Below are positions 59,540 to 64,000 of a stretch of DNA of 64,000 bases, one piece after another (the first letter of the stretch is position 1; every line of letters starts with the position of its first letter). The position numbers and the translations under genes are program-made. The notes under the pieces were generated by a model. That model ran no database searches and was not told the DNA's origin. It saw only the letters and a list, made by a program, of their open reading frames with translations. The stretch comes from Curvularia clavata. Its lineage: Eukaryota. The stretch covers positions 1,426,001 to 1,490,000 of the forward strand of contig CP089280.1 in NCBI GenBank assembly GCA_023920165.1. Reading direction: 5' to 3'.

Positions 59540-61935
59540 TTACGAAACAGTGACATACTCGATGACGACTGAAGTGACAACCGCGGTTTGCGGGCCAGCG
59601 GGGGGCGTAGGTACCGGGGCCACTGGTAGAGATGTGATCGAGACTGAAGACGAAGAGGAAGAAACAGGCAGGGACGGCGCGGGCGCAGACGTGGATGAAG
59701 TACTGTTACCCGCAACCGGCATGCTGATAGGCTTCAAGAGCACATCAGAAGGCATCGGCTGATTCGGGTTCGATTTTTCAATCTCCGAGACCAGCGTCGC
59801 ATTCTTCCATACGAACTGTCCGGCTATCGCGTCATACTGTCCAGTCACTCGGTTGGCAGGCAGTGTCGAGTTCGTGCCATCAGGACCCGGTCCGTTGTAA
59901 ATAGGTGGGTTGCCCTTGATTTCAGTATTGTACTGTATATTGCCCTTTGAGACAGGGACTTCCTTATCAGACTTCGGCAGGCTAACTTCCTGGTTACAAA
60001 CGGTGACATTGAGACCAGCAGGTGGCTTGCTACGCGGGATCTCAGTCAAGTCGAGTGCTTGGATGCGCCAGCTAAAATTCTTCTTCAGATAAGCTTGCAC
60101 TGTCTCTTTGTCCAGGCTCTTCAGCTCTCCAGCCTCATGCTTTCGCATGAGTGCCTGTGACAACCCGATACTGCCCGTGACAGTGTGGTCGGCTTTGCTA
60201 CGTGGAGAAGACATGGATGCAAGCTGACCAACACAGTTGTCATCCGTTGGCCAATCAGCAGGATTATGGCTTGGTTCACCCAGGAATGCTCGGACTGCGT
60301 ACGAGACCTGAATGTTGCTCGGCATGTTGACCTCGCATGACCACTCAGTGGCCTGAAGAGCTGGTTGGGTGACATTGTTGCCGCCCAGAGCTGGCCGAGT
60401 AGCATTGTTGCCCCCTGGAGCTGGTTGAGTAACGTTCTTACCCCCTGGAGCGGGAGTGGTGGTGTTACCAGGACACAGTGCTGGAGTCTGTGGCTTGTAC
60501 AGTTGGTTGATGGTTGATGTGAGTGTTGAATTGCTTGGGTTGCCAACAAGCTCGGGGTAGGTATATCCAAAGGCAGTCCAATCACGTATAGTAGTAGATG
60601 TCCACATATCACCCAAGGCATTCATGTGGAATGGTGGTAGTGGAGAGGCTGTTCCTAGCACACTGCCTCTGGCGATGGCGTAGGTCCCTGTCTCTTGTTT
60701 GGCATCTTCGACCCAGGTGTCGGGATAGCGAGCCTGGAATATCGCCAGAAGGCGGTCGACGTTACTAGGAAACATCAGCGCTAGCCTTCGTTTGTTTCTT
60801 GTATGATGCGACTTACCAATGGTGAAACCAGAAGACAGGGTCAAACGCAGACATCTCTATAATACCCATGTGACCCAGTCCGAAGACATTGTGAATACCG
60901 TCGTGAACAGTTTCAAAGTTGCCAATCTTTCCGCCATTGGCCTTGTTGCTCACTTGGCTGTACGGCTGGTAGGTGGTGAGCAGCTTGTAGACAGTGTCAC
61001 GAATACCAGCCTGCGCCTTGTTCATTATCACATTGACGTCGTCGTTGCGGCTGGTAGCATTGGCGAAGTAGGGATTGAGTGGGTATCGAATAGTATGCTC
61101 CCACTCCTTGAACTCATACTCAGCCTAGAGCACCGTCAGTACATGATCCATCGGAAACATGTTTATCAATTGCAAGTCAAGTGCGCGAACACTGTTACAT
61201 ACCAGTTCACCAAATACCTCTTTGGGTAGTGGGTGGAATTTGTATTTGTAGAGGGGATTGAAGATTTCTCCTGAGGTTCCGTTGGGGAAGGTAACTGTGC
61301 AGCGTTCAACGCGCAAAATCTTGGGTATCACACCATCTTCGGGGTTTGTCGAGTTCCTTGCCCAGTCCCAATATGGAAGGCGTACTCGAGCAGCAAGCTC
61401 CAGAGCTTTGTTACGAGCCTGGCCGATGGGATATTCTTTGGCGACATCCACTGCACGGTCATGGAGAATCTGCTCAAACAGCGCAAGATAGGGCCTGTGC
61501 CAGGGACCAAAGATGCTGGAAGAATGGGGACAGTAACCCATTTTGTCTTGGCCAGGCGCAGGCTCTACTTTGTCCCATGGCTTGAAGGGCACACCATGTA
61601 TCCCTGTTTCTATCAGAAATGCCGTGTTGAAATAGCGAAGACTGCTTACCTGCGATCTGATAGTACGAAATCTTCTCATCCTGATCCATAGCCTGGAAGC
61701 GGATAAGCGCGAGCATGAACATGTTCCAAAGTTCAGAATCCTGTTGAAGGTCCCGGAGCTCTTGTCGGGGACGCACTCCCGCTCCTTGAACCCCGACGAC
61801 ACTGAAGTAGCTGTCGTCGGGTTTTGGAGCGCCGCAGGAAGGGCCATCACCAGTGCCAAATACAGCAGCCTGAGCACTGCTCAAAAAAGAAAACAAGGCT
61901 ACAGATCCAACGAGAAGAGAAGCGAATGATTTCAT
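59540..61935 (-). CDS. Secreted tyrosinase (type-3 copper protein) with C-terminal domain and Ser/Thr/Pro-rich tail; 4 exons (61935-61650, 61603-61203, 61124-60817, 60764-59540)
   Basis: Signal peptide; CuA site IHGVP/CPHSS/WHRPYL; LPYWDW; CuB site HDGIH/SAFDPVFWFHHCNVDRL; GYTY motif. Confidence 0.92.
60358..60472 (-). repeat. 30-bp coding tandem repeat (~4 units; PAPGGxNxTx) in the tyrosinase linker
   Basis: Units start at 60358, 60388, 60418 and 60448 on the + strand (gagctgg...). Confidence 0.85.
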
Positions 61936-62925
61936 CGTGGCCAGCCGAGAAAGAGTGGAAAGATCTTCAAGATCAAAAACAGAAACGAATGTAATGAAGG
62001 GAGGAAGAAGGACTGGATGTCACTAGGACAAATGAGAGACTGAGCAAGTGATGCTGTGGTGTGTCACTGAACAGCTGTATCATCGATTATATAAAAGCCT
62101 TCTAAGATTAACGAAAAACCATGCAGCTATTACCCCACCGCGTGCCTGTATGACGTCCACGGCTGTGCAAGTGTCCGTTTCATGCGTCGCCATATTTTTG
62201 CAGCTGATGATTCGACGACTGTTCAGCGAGAGTGATGTGTTTCCTTGGGATCCCAGATAATCCTGGTGGGTAGTCCACGCCCGAAACATGTTTAGTTTCT
62301 TTGCATAAACAAACTGGACTGAAGCAAGCAGGTGACAGGCCATTACAGGGCACACTAATTCCGGCAGTTACCCGCAAAAACTATCGAAACAAGGTACTGG
62401 AATGCTTCATCTCATATTGGAGAGTTGCCAGGTGGGAAGGTACAGTCTCTTAGTGCTAGGGTTCAAAGTCTACACTTGCGATGGCGACTATTTGGGGTGG
62501 GGACGAGCCCTACTAGGGGATTGCTGGTCTGTGTTCATATCCCTGTATGCTAAGCTCTCTAGCAATGGCTGCGCAGTATAGTCGTTTGTAGTGCACAGGA
62601 ATCATCGTGGTGTACTCATCGTGATGATTCCCCTGCGGAGATAACAGGCACGTAGCACGGACCACCACGGCATGGTGAGACAAGTCAGAATGAAGTTGAT
62701 GACCCTCTGGAATTTAAGGCATGCTTCAAACACGGCGGGGCAGTTTGAAGACGGGCGGCCCTTGACACCGGGTCACCGACATGCAGGTATCGATTGCTAG
62801 CCGTCAGGGCCGTTGAACGTCGGTACCCGTGCGCGTTTCCCCACACTCGGTCACGTAGCATTGCATGGCGAAGATCATGGAACCTGACTCCCATGCTCGA
62901 ATGGAAGAAACCAATCATACTCCCT

Positions 62926-64000
62926 CTAGACACTTTCCATGGTATCCGGTGGCATCGAGTCATCCAGGTCCCTGTTTTCAATAGTTCGTTTTACAGAGCC
63001 ATCTTGTTTCATCACACTTCCTTTCCTCTTCCGCGGGCCGGCATTATCAGAAGCGATGTGCATTCTCGCCCATTTCTTGACTCTTGAGAATGCTTCATCA
63101 ACCGAAGCAGGCAGTTTAGCAGAATGAACACCAGAGATTCCGTTGCTTTTCATCAAGACTTGAATGTCTGTTCGAGCGCGTGCAATAGCTGGATTCAAAG
63201 ACTGGCCAAAGACTGTGTCGCGGAAGGATGTGAGTGCGATATTCCTCAACAGGATGATGTCGCCGACCTTGATGTCTTGAAGAGTTTGAAGGATGGCGCT
63301 TTGAGCTCGTATGCGCTCACTGTTCGAATTTTGGCTGGGGTGCATCCAGAAAGCTACCTTGAAGCCAGAGAGGGAGTCATCTGCTATGATGATTTCCCAA
63401 AGATCCATTTTGTAACCACCCCTGCGAACAAAGACCTCTCGCGTTTCTGGGTTTGCCGTTACAGCACAGAGAAAATTAGGCGTCGGTGTCTGGGGGTAGA
63501 TGGCTCGCAGCCGCTGTGCACTAGGAAGCGAAGCAAGCGATGTTATACTCAACTTGGCTGGAAGATGAAGAACGACAGGGTATTCATCGGCCTTCTCGAG
63601 GCCACTGAAGTCCGAGGTAGTGGTTTCGAACGATGTGGAAAGGAAGGAAGAGGAGTTGATAGTACTCTCAGTCCCTTCTTCTGACACCACTTGAGAGGAA
63701 ACTAATGTGTCATGGAAGATGAGCGAATGCTCAATCATAGCATCGGTGGTAAACGTTGGGTCCAAGAAGCTGGCGGTAACATCAAGCATCGTGTCTTCCT
63801 TTGCAAAAGACGGAAACCGGTCTATTGCGGGGAGCGAAACATCGGCTATATTGCTGCCCAGTATAGAGCTGGGTAGATAAGGCTGCTGCCATTCTGCCTG
63901 GAGTCGTGTATTCTTTTTCGCAAGGCAGCGCCATTTCATCGCCGGCGTAGATTCTGCCACATTCGTCTCCCGTGTTGAGATGACATTGAAAGCGCCGCAT
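62926..64000 (-). CDS. OB-fold nucleic-acid-binding protein, 5' end probably outside the window
   Basis: Open frame with PNFLCAV...EIIIADDS...FKVAFW...VGDIILLRNIALTSFRDTVFGQSL (OB-fold pattern) and a C-terminal basic patch RKRK. Confidence 0.7.
   Translation of the reverse strand, partial: CGAFNVISTRETNVAESTPAMKWRCLAKKNTRLQAEWQQPYLPSSILGSNIADVSLPAIDRFPSFAKEDTMLDVTASFLDPTFTTDAMIEHSLIFHDTLVSSQVVSEEGTESTINSSSFLSTSFETTTSDFSGLEKADEYPVVLHLPAKLSITSLASLPSAQRLRAIYPQTPTPNFLCAVTANPETREVFVRRGGYKMDLWEIIIADDSLSGFKVAFWMHPSQNSNSERIRAQSAILQTLQDIKVGDIILLRNIALTSFRDTVFGQSLNPAIARARTDIQVLMKSNGISGVHSAKLPASVDEAFSRVKKWARMHIASDNAGPRKRKGSVMKQDGSVKRTIENRDLDDSMPPDTMESV

Noticed and set aside
1..64000. tRNA, rRNA, TPP riboswitch, CRISPR arrays and intact transposase/RT genes
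   Set aside because: None of their conserved signatures was recognised by eye on either strand. A tRNAscan-SE/Infernal run would be needed to exclude them formally.

Overview
Gene-dense, intron-rich eukaryotic DNA from a filamentous ascomycete. The short GT-AG introns with CTRAC branch points and the gene content suggest a Dothideomycete/Pleosporales-like fungus, which is an inference. About 23 protein genes can be reconstructed by splicing the ORF track: SEC3, SRP40-like, FMC1, an EngB/YihA GTPase, a DenD-like dehydrogenase, two DAL5-family MFS transporters, a class I aminotransferase, VPH1, a Btz/CASC3 protein, a PNUTS-like protein, SLY1, a HET-domain protein, a USP-domain protein, mitoribosomal S7, a membrane coiled-coil protein, a GH88 hydrolase, an SDR, ERV25, a tyrosinase, an OB-fold protein cut by the window end, and an orphan nuclease-like gene. 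A ~6 kb accessory-looking island at 13.3-19.4 kb holds that orphan, a possible transposon end and a probable pseudogene. The best leads are: (i) a candidate H/ACA snoRNA in the ORF-less gap after SLY1; (ii) two candidate sugar-acid import/catabolism mini-clusters (GH88+MFS+SDR and DenD-like+MFS); (iii) an OB-fold protein resembling Shieldin SHLD2; (iv) a PNUTS-like PP1 regulator. No tRNA, rRNA, CRISPR array or intact transposase was recognised. All assignments come from motif recognition by eye, with no database searches.
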